64,000 nucleotides of DNA. It comes from Actinomycetota bacterium (GTDB taxonomy: Bacteria; Actinomycetota; Acidimicrobiia; Acidimicrobiales; UBA10347). Location: contig JBCCIC010000001.1 of assembly GCA_039028435.1 (NCBI GenBank), positions 396,240 through 460,239 on the forward strand, written 5' to 3'. The notes beneath the pieces are model-generated. The model ran no database searches. It was not told where the DNA came from and worked only from the letters and a program-made list of their open reading frames with translations. Numbering within the stretch: position 1 is the stretch's first letter; the number at the start of each line of letters is the position of its first letter. Positions 43,572 through 52,413 of this stretch are shown here, piece by piece. A program made the position numbers and the translations under genes.

Positions 43572-45452
43572 TCAGGTGCTCGCCGACACCGGGTGCGCCG
43601 CGCGCCGGCGCTCCTCGTCAGCCACCAGGACCGAGAGATCGTCCAGCGGCATCGGCATGCTGAGGTGCCATCCCTGGCCACATTCAACCCCTGCCTCGAG
43701 TGCCATCCGTTCTTCCGTCTCGGACTCGATGCCCTCGGCGATCGAGTGCACTCCGAGGTCGCGAGCCATCGCCGCGAGCGAACGAAGGATCTTGTGCGCG
43801 GCAGGGTTGCTCGCCATGACGCCGACCAATGAACGGTCGAACTTGCAAGCTCCCAGCGGGAGTCGGGTGAAATAGCCGAGCGCGTTGTGGCCGGTCCCGA
43901 AGTCATCGAGTGCGATCGGCACGCCCAACGCGTGCAAGGAACGAAGCGTCTGTTCGGCGAGGTCGGCAGCGCGGATTGCTTCGGACTCGACCACCTCGAT
44001 GATCAGGTCGCCGGCGACCAGACCGTTGCGGTCCATTGCCCCGACGAAGCGGTCCACGAATGTCGGCACGGCAAGCTGACTGGGCGTGAAGTTGACGCTG
44101 AACCCCCGATCGGCGAAGCCGGGCACACGACCGCGGAGCCGATGAAGATCGCGAGCAGCCGTCGCCAGCGACCATCTCGTGAATCGCTCGAGACGTCCGG
44201 TTGCCTCGACGCGTCCGATGATCAGCGGAGCCGGCAGCCAGCCATGTTGGGGATGACGCCACCGCAACAGGGCCTCGGCGCTGGTGATCGCACCGGTCGC
44301 CAGACTCCGGATCGGCTGGTAGTGGAAACAGAGCGAGCCATCCAGCATCGCCCGATCAAGATCGCGGTCGATCGACGCGATCTGGACTGCCCTGCGGTGG
44401 ATCGAATCGTCCGCGACGACGACGCCACCCCCTTGCTTGGCTTCGTACATCGCCTGGTCGGCATCGCTCATCAGCTCGATGGCACTCCGCGACGCGAGGT
44501 TGCCATGAGCAATCCCGAAGCTCATGTGCGGCTCGATCCGGACCGAGTCGACTTGGAGCGGCTCGGTCATCGCCGCCTGGAGGCGGTAGGCAACTCGGAT
44601 CCCGCGCTCGCCGGACGGGTCATCCTGAACGATGACGAGAAACTCGTCACCACCGAGTCGAACAAGATGGTCTTCCGGACCCAGCAGCACGAGGATCCGG
44701 CCGGCGATCGAGCGCAGGACTTCGTCACCCGCACGGTGACCGTGGGTGTCGTTGACCGACTTGAAGTTGTCGAGATCTGCATAGACGATCGAAGGCGTTT
44801 GACCATCTTCTCGGCCGCACGCTTGCTCCAGGACGGCAAGCCCAGCCCGGCGGGTCAGCGCACCCGTCAGCTCGTCGTACGTCGCCCGGTGTTCGGCATC
44901 GTCGAGGAGCTCGAAGACATTGAGATACGAGCCGGCCAATCGAGCGATCGCGCCCAGCAAGAGGCACTGCTCATAGGTGTAGTGGGCCACCTTCGGATTG
45001 CCCAGGTTGATCGTGCCGAGGCAGCGGCCACCACTCACCATCGGCCCGATCAGCGCGGACCGGATCCCGGCGGCGAGCAGCAGCTCACTCTCCTCGTAGT
45101 CGGTCTCGGCCAGATCATCGACCTTGATCACATCTCCGGAGGTGTAGGCACTACCGGTGAGGGAACCGTCGAACGAGAAGACCGAGCCCGACGGGATGAT
45201 CGAGCCGTGCCCCTCGCCGAGTTTCATGATCTTGAGACGGCCCTCGCCGATCGGCAACGCCAAACTCGACAGACCCGCCTGGATCGTCCGCGGCACCCAC
45301 TCCGCCGTCGCCGCCAGCACGCCCTCTCGGTCGACGGCAGAGGACAAGGCTGCGATGTATCCGGCCGGCAACGTGACGTCGAACGACTCGAGCACTCCGT
45401 ATTCACCCATCATGTGCGCGATCCGTGTCGCTCGTTCTCGTTGATCCGCCAA
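43572..45452 (-). CDS. GAF-GGDEF-EAL signalling protein (diguanylate cyclase/phosphodiesterase)
   Basis: GGDEFLVIV with the upstream DELTGALTRR; EAL domain (EALLRW, DDFGTGHNALGY, KFDRSLV). The track start is TTG 45452; ATG 45413 is an alternative. Confidence 0.9.
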   Translation of the reverse strand: MADQRERATRIAHMMGEYGVLESFDVTLPAGYIAALSSAVDREGVLAATAEWVPRTIQAGLSSLALPIGEGRLKIMKLGEGHGSIIPSGSVFSFDGSLTGSAYTSGDVIKVDDLAETDYEESELLLAAGIRSALIGPMVSGGRCLGTINLGNPKVAHYTYEQCLLLGAIARLAGSYLNVFELLDDAEHRATYDELTGALTRRAGLAVLEQACGREDGQTPSIVYADLDNFKSVNDTHGHRAGDEVLRSIAGRILVLLGPEDHLVRLGGDEFLVIVQDDPSGERGIRVAYRLQAAMTEPLQVDSVRIEPHMSFGIAHGNLASRSAIELMSDADQAMYEAKQGGGVVVADDSIHRRAVQIASIDRDLDRAMLDGSLCFHYQPIRSLATGAITSAEALLRWRHPQHGWLPAPLIIGRVEATGRLERFTRWSLATAARDLHRLRGRVPGFADRGFSVNFTPSQLAVPTFVDRFVGAMDRNGLVAGDLIIEVVESEAIRAADLAEQTLRSLHALGVPIALDDFGTGHNALGYFTRLPLGACKFDRSLVGVMASNPAAHKILRSLAAMARDLGVHSIAEGIESETEERMALEAGVECGQGWHLSMPMPLDDLSVLVADEERRRAAHPVSAST

Positions 45453-45518
45453 GCTCGCCTTACTACACCCATGGCAGCATTTCCCCTTACGCTGCGGATC
45501 GCCACATTAGATGACCGC

Positions 45519-45614
45519 GGCGACCAGCGTCCCCGATCTGCGAGCAATTTCCCACGATTGGGGGCCCGTCAGACAATGAGACGCCACATCTCACGACGGC
45601 GAGTGCTGGTCGCC
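45519..45614. promoter_or_regulatory. Candidate structured leader / nested inverted repeats in a long divergent intergenic region
   Basis: GGCGACCAGC (45519-28) pairs with GCTGGTCGCC (45605-14). This encloses CCGTC/GACGG (45566-70/45595-99), which encloses TGAGA/TCTCA (45577-81/45589-93). CCGATCTGC follows each outer arm. Confidence 0.25.
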
Positions 45615-45642
45615 GGAACCGATCTGCATACACTTCCCGGCG

Positions 45643-46761
45643 ATGACCGAGCGGCCCTTTCGGTTCTACGACAACCGGCAGAAGTACCTCACCTTCGTCA
45701 CGACGTGTGACGAGAAGTGGAAGGTCGCCGAGCGCGCTGCCCGGGAGATCCCGAACCTGCAGCCTGAGGCGCCAGCACTACGCCTCTTCGATGCCGGCGT
45801 CGGCGATGGCACGGTACTCGCGCATCTGCTGAGCGCCATGCACGCAACCCACCCGACCATCCCGTTCTATGTCGTCGGCAAAGAGATCAGCCTCGAGGAC
45901 ATCCGGCTGACGCTCGAGAAACTCCCCGACCGGTTCGTCGAACATCCGGACATGGTCGTGGTACTCACCAACCTGCACTATTCCGAATCACCGTGGCTCT
46001 TACCGAACACCGAGGAGAAGCGGGACCGGATGGTCTTCGAGACCGTCGCCCTCGAGGGAACCTCCTCATACGGCTTCGGCGAACAGCTTCGGGCCCTCGA
46101 TGACTTCCTGGCCGAGCACTGGGAGGTTCGCCCGAGCGAGAAGACGGGCAACCCGCTGTATGTGACCCCAACGGCGCTGGTACTGCACCGCTCGGATCGC
46201 TCGTTCGTGCTCCACGATGTCCTGCCCAAGCCGGACCAGCCCCGCGCCGACTATGACCTCGTGCTCGCGTCTCAACCGTGGCGCTCGCGCCAGCCGGCGG
46301 AGTTCAAGGTCAAGCGCATCCTGTGCCCGCTTACCCGCGCGCTCCGCAGCCGCGGCGTGCTTCTTGGCATCCAGTCGAGCGGCGAAGATCCAGGTCTGGA
46401 GATCGTTCGGCGCATCTGGCCTGACGAGGATCCGTTCCCGGTCAGCCGGCACGAGCTGATCGACGCGCTCCGGGTCGAGCTCGGCGCCGCCGCGCACACC
46501 TATGACCTCATGGCGCTGAGCGACGCCGACGCACTACTGCGCTACAGCATGCACACGCTTCCGACCGAGATCGGGAACCACATCGGCACGTCCACCCTGT
46601 TCGCAGCGTGGAACGCCGCCATCTATGTCGCCCAGATCGAGGACTCGCGCATCGAAGAGGCGACCCTCGAAGGCAAGTACCTCGATGCCACCGCCCAGGT
46701 GCTTCAAGACCACGGCGGATTGTGGTTCAACGACGAGGCGTTCGCCGTACGCAAGCACTGA
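45643..46761 (+). CDS. Conserved-looking hypothetical protein with a SAM-methyltransferase-like motif I
   Basis: The 372-aa ORF has non-shadow composition. LRLFDAGVGDGT resembles methyltransferase motif I. No family was recognised. Confidence 0.6.
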   Translation: MTERPFRFYDNRQKYLTFVTTCDEKWKVAERAAREIPNLQPEAPALRLFDAGVGDGTVLAHLLSAMHATHPTIPFYVVGKEISLEDIRLTLEKLPDRFVEHPDMVVVLTNLHYSESPWLLPNTEEKRDRMVFETVALEGTSSYGFGEQLRALDDFLAEHWEVRPSEKTGNPLYVTPTALVLHRSDRSFVLHDVLPKPDQPRADYDLVLASQPWRSRQPAEFKVKRILCPLTRALRSRGVLLGIQSSGEDPGLEIVRRIWPDEDPFPVSRHELIDALRVELGAAAHTYDLMALSDADALLRYSMHTLPTEIGNHIGTSTLFAAWNAAIYVAQIEDSRIEEATLEGKYLDATAQVLQDHGGLWFNDEAFAVRKH

Positions 46762-48379
46762 CGACATCGGCCAACGGCGTCGGCTCGTCCGAGCGCCACG
46801 CGATGTGTTGGTCGGGGCGAACCAAGAGCGCGCCCGAGTCGCCAAGACCGACCGCCACATGCCAGTCCGCGTTCGCCATCATGTCGGGGCCAAGCGCGAC
46901 GTGGCCGAGCTGGTCGACCAGCGTGGCCTCGACCGCCCAGGCATCGTGCGCGCCGACGCTGATCAGGGTCATGCCGGCGAAGGGAATGAGATCCAGGGTC
47001 GATCGTCCGTCCTCCAGCCATGCATGTGGCAACCGCTCGCCCACGGTCCCTCGGGGATCGAAGTGCCGCGGATCCACTTCGCCGATCGGTTCCCCAGGGC
47101 TCGCCAATGCACCTTCGGCGTAGCGATATCCGAGCTGCAAGCCGATCATGTCGAAGTGCGTCTGCTGCTCGGCGACGGCCGCGTCGATGGCGTCGCGGCG
47201 CGCCGGATCGGTGAGCGCGCGAAGAACATCGTCGCCGGTCGATGACTCGGTGAGACCGAGGGCTTCGCCGATCAGCACGATCTTGACGGCGTTCATCAGG
47301 CTCTGCTGATTGTTGGCCTCCGCGATCGGTCGACGCTCGACCTCGTAGGTATCGAGCACGGATTCGGCCGCCCAGCCGTCGGCGATCGCGCCGAGCTTCC
47401 AGGCCAGATTGTGGGCATCGCCCACACCGGAGTTGAGGCCGAGGCCGCCGGTCGGCGGAAACCGGTGGGCGGCGTCACCGAGGAGGAACGTCCGCCGATC
47501 GCGCATCCGCTCAGCCACCTGCGCGCTCATGTTCCAGGCACCGGCTCCGACCACCTCGACTTCGATCGAAAGGTCGCCGACGGCGGCGCGGATCATGTCT
47601 CGACAGCGGGATTCGTCGAAGTCGGACTCCGACTCACGGGTTGCGTCGTAGCCGGTCATGTACACCCACTCGCTCGCGACGTCGTGGGCGATGAGCACGC
47701 CGCGGACCTCGGGGTCCATCACGAAATGGAGCACCCCTGGACGCGCGTGCACGGCCTCGCGCAGGTCGGCGCGGAAGTGGATCGCCATGTAGGTCTCGAG
47801 GCTCGCCGGGCCGATCATGTCGATGCCGAGCGACTTGCGGATCCGGCTTCCGGCCCCGTCGGCCGCCAACAACCAGTCGCTTCGCACCTCGAAGGTTTCG
47901 CCGGTGGCAACCTGGGTCAGCACTGAGGTGACACCGTGCTCGTCTTGGCGACTGGACTCCCACTGCACCCCGTATCGCAGGTCGACACCGGCCGAGACAA
48001 CACCAGCGGCAAGGATCGGCTCGAGACGATGCTGTGAGATGTTGCGCAGCGGCGTAGGGGTGACCTCGAACACCTCCGGTCCCTGACGCTCGAACGGCAG
48101 ACGCCCGATCAGCTCACCCTGCAAACGTGTGACGAAGTTGACGTGCCCGGCATCGGCCGGGTCGGCGGCGATCTCGACGATGGCATCGCCGTCGAAGCCG
48201 GCCTGGCGGAAGATCTCGAGCGATCGCGCATTCACGACGTGGGCCGAAGGGTGCGTCTGGGCACCCGCTCGCCGCTCGACGATCAGCGCCGTTCGCCCGA
48301 GTGCCGCCAGCAGTCGCGCCAACGTCAGGCCGGTCGGGCCGGCGCCCACGATGAGAAACGGAACCTCTTCGACCCTCAT
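46727..48379 (-). CDS. FAD-dependent aromatic-ring monooxygenase (PheA/TfdB-like)
   Basis: ATG 48379 (MRVEEVPFLIVGAGPTGLTLARLL), DGAGSRIR and LLGDAAHRFPPTGGLGLNSG. The C-terminal thioredoxin-like extension is typical of the family. Confidence 0.85.
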   Translation of the reverse strand: MRVEEVPFLIVGAGPTGLTLARLLAALGRTALIVERRAGAQTHPSAHVVNARSLEIFRQAGFDGDAIVEIAADPADAGHVNFVTRLQGELIGRLPFERQGPEVFEVTPTPLRNISQHRLEPILAAGVVSAGVDLRYGVQWESSRQDEHGVTSVLTQVATGETFEVRSDWLLAADGAGSRIRKSLGIDMIGPASLETYMAIHFRADLREAVHARPGVLHFVMDPEVRGVLIAHDVASEWVYMTGYDATRESESDFDESRCRDMIRAAVGDLSIEVEVVGAGAWNMSAQVAERMRDRRTFLLGDAAHRFPPTGGLGLNSGVGDAHNLAWKLGAIADGWAAESVLDTYEVERRPIAEANNQQSLMNAVKIVLIGEALGLTESSTGDDVLRALTDPARRDAIDAAVAEQQTHFDMIGLQLGYRYAEGALASPGEPIGEVDPRHFDPRGTVGERLPHAWLEDGRSTLDLIPFAGMTLISVGAHDAWAVEATLVDQLGHVALGPDMMANADWHVAVGLGDSGALLVRPDQHIAWRSDEPTPLADVVSACVRRTPRR

Positions 48380-48407
48380 CGCTGCACCAACGTCGCCGGA
48401 CCCACGC

Positions 48408-49193
48408 TCAGACGAGACCGGGGTAGCTGCCGCCGTCGAGCTGAAGATTCTGTCCCGAGATGTAACCGGCCTGGGCGCTACACAGGAAGGCACACGTATC
48501 GCCGAACTCTGACGGATCGCCGAGTCGCCGGGCGGCGATCGTCTTGGCCATGTGTTCGTAGGCCTCCTCGACGCTGATGCCGGCCCGCTCAGCGTGCAGA
48601 TTGGCCATCTGCTGCTGGCGCGCGGTGTCGAACCGCTCGGGCAGGAGATTGTTGATCGTGACGTTGTGGCGTGCGACCTGCTGGGACATCGCCTTCGCCA
48701 CGGACGTCAGGCCAGCCCGTGCACCCGTCGACAGGCCCATCGGCGCCCGGGGCGACTTGACCATGGCCGAGGTGATGTTGACGATGCGCCCGAATCGACG
48801 TTCGACCATGCCGTCGAGCACCAGGCGGATCATCGCCAGTGGCGTGAGCATGTTGGCGTCGAGCGCACCGACCCAGTCATCTCGTTCCCAGTCGGCGAAG
48901 CGGCCCGGCCGCGGTCCACTGTTGTTGTTGACCAGGATGTCCGGCTCCGGACACGCGTTGAGCAAAGCGTCGCGAATCGCCGGGTCACCGATGTCGCCGG
49001 GAACGGCCGTCACCGAGGCTCCGAGCGCGGAGAGCTCGGCATGGGCCGCGTCGAGAGCCACCTTGTCTCGGCCGTTGATGGTGACGTCGACACCTTCGCG
49101 GGCCAGCGACTCGGCGCACGCGAACCCCAGGCCGCGACTCGACGCGCAGATGATCGCCTTGCGGCCCGACAACCCGAGTTCCATCGACCGCAA
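48408..49193 (-). CDS. SDR-family oxidoreductase
   Basis: GRKAIICASSRGLGFA and NNLLPERFDT. The start could be 49193 or 49184. Confidence 0.85.
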   Translation of the reverse strand: MRSMELGLSGRKAIICASSRGLGFACAESLAREGVDVTINGRDKVALDAAHAELSALGASVTAVPGDIGDPAIRDALLNACPEPDILVNNNSGPRPGRFADWERDDWVGALDANMLTPLAMIRLVLDGMVERRFGRIVNITSAMVKSPRAPMGLSTGARAGLTSVAKAMSQQVARHNVTINNLLPERFDTARQQQMANLHAERAGISVEEAYEHMAKTIAARRLGDPSEFGDTCAFLCSAQAGYISGQNLQLDGGSYPGLV

Positions 49194-49207
49194 CGTAGTA
49201 TCTCGCC

Positions 49208-50263
49208 ATGGACGTCGGCCTGCTCACGCTCGGCGACTGGGTCACCGACCCGGTGACCGGCGTCCGCCGGACCGAGGCGGAACGCCATCGTTCAATCGTC
49301 GATCAGGCCGTTGCGATCGAGGCAGCGGGCTTCTCGTCGATCCATCTCGGCGAGCATCACTTCAGCGAGTACATCCTCTCCTCGCCCGCGCTGGTGCTCG
49401 CCGCCATCGCCGAGCGCACGACCGATCTCCGACTCTCGAACGGTGTTGCGCTCGCGGCGAACGCCGACCCCGTTCGACTTGCCGAGGAGTACGCGACCCT
49501 CGACCTGCTGTCCGGAGGCCGGATCGAGCCGTGCTGGGGGCGAGGCTCGATCTTCCCCGACGTGTACACGTTCTTCGGTCAGGACGCCGCGGAGGGCCAA
49601 GCACGCATGGGCGAGACAGTGCGTCTGGTCGACACGCTGTGGCGATCGGAAGGGCCGGTCGACTGGGAGGGCGAGTTCCGAGCGCCGCTCCGGGCGGTCG
49701 AAGTGCATCCCAAGCCGATGCAGCGCCCGCGCCCCAACGTGTGGATCGGTGGCGGATGGTCACCGGACACCGTCGACCTCGCCGTCGAACTGGGCTACTG
49801 GCTCATGCTGCCGACCGTCGTCGGGCGGTGGGAGCTGTTCGCACCGATCGTCGAGCGCTACATCGAGGGATGGGAGGCCGCCGGGCACGACCCGGCCGAT
49901 CGACGGATCGGATGTTGCAGCCACTTCCACGTGGCGCCGACGACCGAACAGGCTCGCGCTCGCTGGGCACCCCGGTACGAGGCCTACATGCACGCGGTTG
50001 CCGACTGGATCGAGCAGTCCGGCGATCGGGCGGGAATCCCAACCCGACTCCCGGCGACCGTGGACTTCGAGGAGCTGTCGGCGACGGTCGCCATCTGCGG
50101 CTCGCCGGAGGAAGTCCTCGATCGCATGGGCACCGCACGCGAGATGCTCCAGCTCGATACGCAACTCTTGATGCTCGACTTGGGTGGCCTTCCCGATGGC
50201 GAGCTCTACGAGAACATCGAGATGATCGGCGAAACCATCATCCCCGCCGTCACCGACTGGTAG
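49208..50263 (+). CDS. LLM-class (luciferase-like) flavin-dependent oxidoreductase
   Basis: AIEAAGFSSIHLGEHHFSEY..SSPALVLAAIAERT and LSGGRIEPCWGRG. Confidence 0.85.
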   Translation: MDVGLLTLGDWVTDPVTGVRRTEAERHRSIVDQAVAIEAAGFSSIHLGEHHFSEYILSSPALVLAAIAERTTDLRLSNGVALAANADPVRLAEEYATLDLLSGGRIEPCWGRGSIFPDVYTFFGQDAAEGQARMGETVRLVDTLWRSEGPVDWEGEFRAPLRAVEVHPKPMQRPRPNVWIGGGWSPDTVDLAVELGYWLMLPTVVGRWELFAPIVERYIEGWEAAGHDPADRRIGCCSHFHVAPTTEQARARWAPRYEAYMHAVADWIEQSGDRAGIPTRLPATVDFEELSATVAICGSPEEVLDRMGTAREMLQLDTQLLMLDLGGLPDGELYENIEMIGETIIPAVTDW

Positions 50264-50290
50264 CGAGCTACCCGCAGCTGGCCAGCCGCA

Positions 50291-51289
50291 CTACGAGGCC
50301 CAGACCAGTTCGAAGCCCAGATCGTGGCCCGCCAGCTCGGAGTACTCGCGGATCGACTTGCGAGCGAGCTTCAGTGTGATCTCGGGCGGCAGCAGACCGC
50401 TGACCCGACCGACGATCGTGCGGGCCTCGCCGATCGGCTTGGCGCTTCCTTCGGGGAAGGCAACCTCGACGCGCGCCTGGCGCTGGCCGGCTCGATCCAG
50501 CAGGTTCGACAGGGTCTCGAACATCTGCATCAGCGGATCGGCGCGATGTGTGCCCCAGTTCGCTGCCGGCATGAAGTCGACGAAGTGCATCAGGTGGAAG
50601 TTGAGGTTCACCCACAGCTCCTCCGCGGTCAACGACAACGGCTCGTTGTCGATCACACGGTGGAATCGGATGGACTTCAGACTGTCGAGTCGGTGCAGGT
50701 TCTCCTCGAGGCTTGGCACCAGCTCCGCGTCATACAACAGGCGAAGCAGGCTCGGGAACGCACTCACATGCCGGGCCTCGGCCTCGGTCAACAAGGTCTC
50801 GAGCGCATCGATCTTGGTTGCCTCCATGGCGAAGGTATTGGTCGCGGTACCGAGGATCGAGTGCAGGAGCGCGATGTTCGGCGAGTGCTCCGGGTAGTAC
50901 CGCGCGGCGTAGTCGTGGCAGAAGACCAGGTGCTCGAGAAAGGTGCCGTCGGCATGCTCCATCGAGAAGTCGCACTCGTCGACCATGAAGTCGATCAGCC
51001 GCTGATCGATCGTCGGCACCGGGTTGGCGTCGGCGACGGTCGCATAGTCGGCCTCGATGGCCGTGATCGCGGGATCACCCCAGAAGACGTCCTTGCCCAG
51101 CTTGTCCTCCATGAAGGCGCGCGGAACCGCTCCTTCGAGGCCGCCGAAAATCGTACGACCCATGTCGAAGTCCGTCATCCGCGCAACCCGTACCCGGCCG
51201 GCATGGTCCACCGCACCCGCTGCGACGATGGCCGCCTTGCGTTGCAGATTGAGTCCGACGTCAAGACGCCGTTCGCTCGCGATGCTCAT
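50291..51289 (-). CDS. Hypothetical protein (family not recognised)
   Basis: The 332-aa ORF has balanced, non-shadow composition. It contains MEHADGTFLEHLVFCHDYAARYYPEH (an H..H..HD pattern). Confidence 0.6.
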   Translation of the reverse strand: MSIASERRLDVGLNLQRKAAIVAAGAVDHAGRVRVARMTDFDMGRTIFGGLEGAVPRAFMEDKLGKDVFWGDPAITAIEADYATVADANPVPTIDQRLIDFMVDECDFSMEHADGTFLEHLVFCHDYAARYYPEHSPNIALLHSILGTATNTFAMEATKIDALETLLTEAEARHVSAFPSLLRLLYDAELVPSLEENLHRLDSLKSIRFHRVIDNEPLSLTAEELWVNLNFHLMHFVDFMPAANWGTHRADPLMQMFETLSNLLDRAGQRQARVEVAFPEGSAKPIGEARTIVGRVSGLLPPEITLKLARKSIREYSELAGHDLGFELVWAS

Positions 51290-51356
51290 CTATCCGCTCC
51301 CTCGTCAAGGCTCCACGCTACGTCGGCGATGTCCTGACGCCGTGCCGGCGTCCGAT

Positions 51357-52358
51357 TCACGCAGCGTCGGCAACCACGTGTTCGCCGAACAGGTCGAGCG
51401 AACGCAGTGCCTCGTCGTGAGTCAGATCCCCGAAGGCAAAGCACCCGATCAGGTACTCGACCAGCGGCGAGGAGGCCAGCTCGTTGACGTGGTCACGCAC
51501 GGTTGCCGGCGAGCCGACGACGATCGCATGGACCTGTTTGGCTCGCTCGTAGTCGCCGCCGATGGTCGGGTCATTCGGGATCGCGATTCCATGGGCCCGA
51601 AAGAGCAGACCGAGATTGTGGGTGTAGCGGACCCACGCGCGCCGCCCGAGCTCGTCGGCCTCGCGATCGGTCGGCGCGACGATGAACTTTCGCACCACAC
51701 CGACCGTCGGCTTGTGACCAGCGCCGATCCCCTCCTGTCGAGCCACGTGGTACCGCTCGATGGCCTGGTGCGCGAATGCGGTGGGTCCGCCCACAACCGT
51801 GCTCACCCCGAGCTTCGCCGCCGTATCGAGAGTCCCCGGTCGCCAAAGCGGTGGGTACGGACGCTGCTTCGGCTTCACCTCGAGCGGCACGTCGTCAAAG
51901 CTGAAGAACTCGCCCTCGAACGAGAACGAGCCGTCGCTCTGCATCGCGGCGAGCAGGATCGCGAGCACTTCGTCGGTTCGGGCTGCGGCCTCGTCGGGGT
52001 CGAGGCCCCACATCGAGTGCTCGGGTGGGCTGATGCCCTTGCCGAAGCCGACCTCCAGCCGACCGCCGCTCAGGTGGTCGAGCATGCAGACCTCTTCGAG
52101 CAATCGAAGCGGGTGGTAGAAGGGCAGGATGTGGACCAGCGAGCACAAGCGCATGGTCGACGTCCGCTGTGCGAGTGCCGCGAGGAACAGGCCAATGCTC
52201 GGCCCGTGATCGAGCGGCGTCAGATGATGCTCGGACTTGTGATAGCCCCAGAAACCGGCCTGCTCGGCGCGCTCCGCAAGACGAAGCCGACTCTCGAGTA
52301 GCTCACCGGGTTCGACCCCGCCCGGCTGCTCGGTCTGGTCGAACATCCCGAACCGCAT
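51357..52358 (-). CDS. LLM-class flavin-dependent oxidoreductase
   Basis: AERAEQAGFWGYHKSEHHLT and LSGGRLEVGFGKG. Confidence 0.85.
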   Translation of the reverse strand: MRFGMFDQTEQPGGVEPGELLESRLRLAERAEQAGFWGYHKSEHHLTPLDHGPSIGLFLAALAQRTSTMRLCSLVHILPFYHPLRLLEEVCMLDHLSGGRLEVGFGKGISPPEHSMWGLDPDEAAARTDEVLAILLAAMQSDGSFSFEGEFFSFDDVPLEVKPKQRPYPPLWRPGTLDTAAKLGVSTVVGGPTAFAHQAIERYHVARQEGIGAGHKPTVGVVRKFIVAPTDREADELGRRAWVRYTHNLGLLFRAHGIAIPNDPTIGGDYERAKQVHAIVVGSPATVRDHVNELASSPLVEYLIGCFAFGDLTHDEALRSLDLFGEHVVADAA

Positions 52359-52413
52359 GGCCGCAACCTACTCGCCCTTCCCTCGCCGCTTTCAGGGCCG
52401 AGTCGCGCACCTG

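Noticed and set aside
45574-45593. A third AATGAGAC occurrence (ACAATGAGACGCCACATCTCA).
   Set aside because: Only the left 8 nt are shared. The right half is a different inverted repeat (TGAGA-N7-TCTCA), so I treated it as part of the local nested-stem structure, not as a copy of the Fur-like box.
45453-45642. c-di-GMP riboswitch next to the GGDEF-EAL gene.
   Set aside because: I could not find the conserved GEMM-I/II sequence features by eye. It is reported only as an unclassified structured-RNA candidate that needs an Rfam/Infernal scan.
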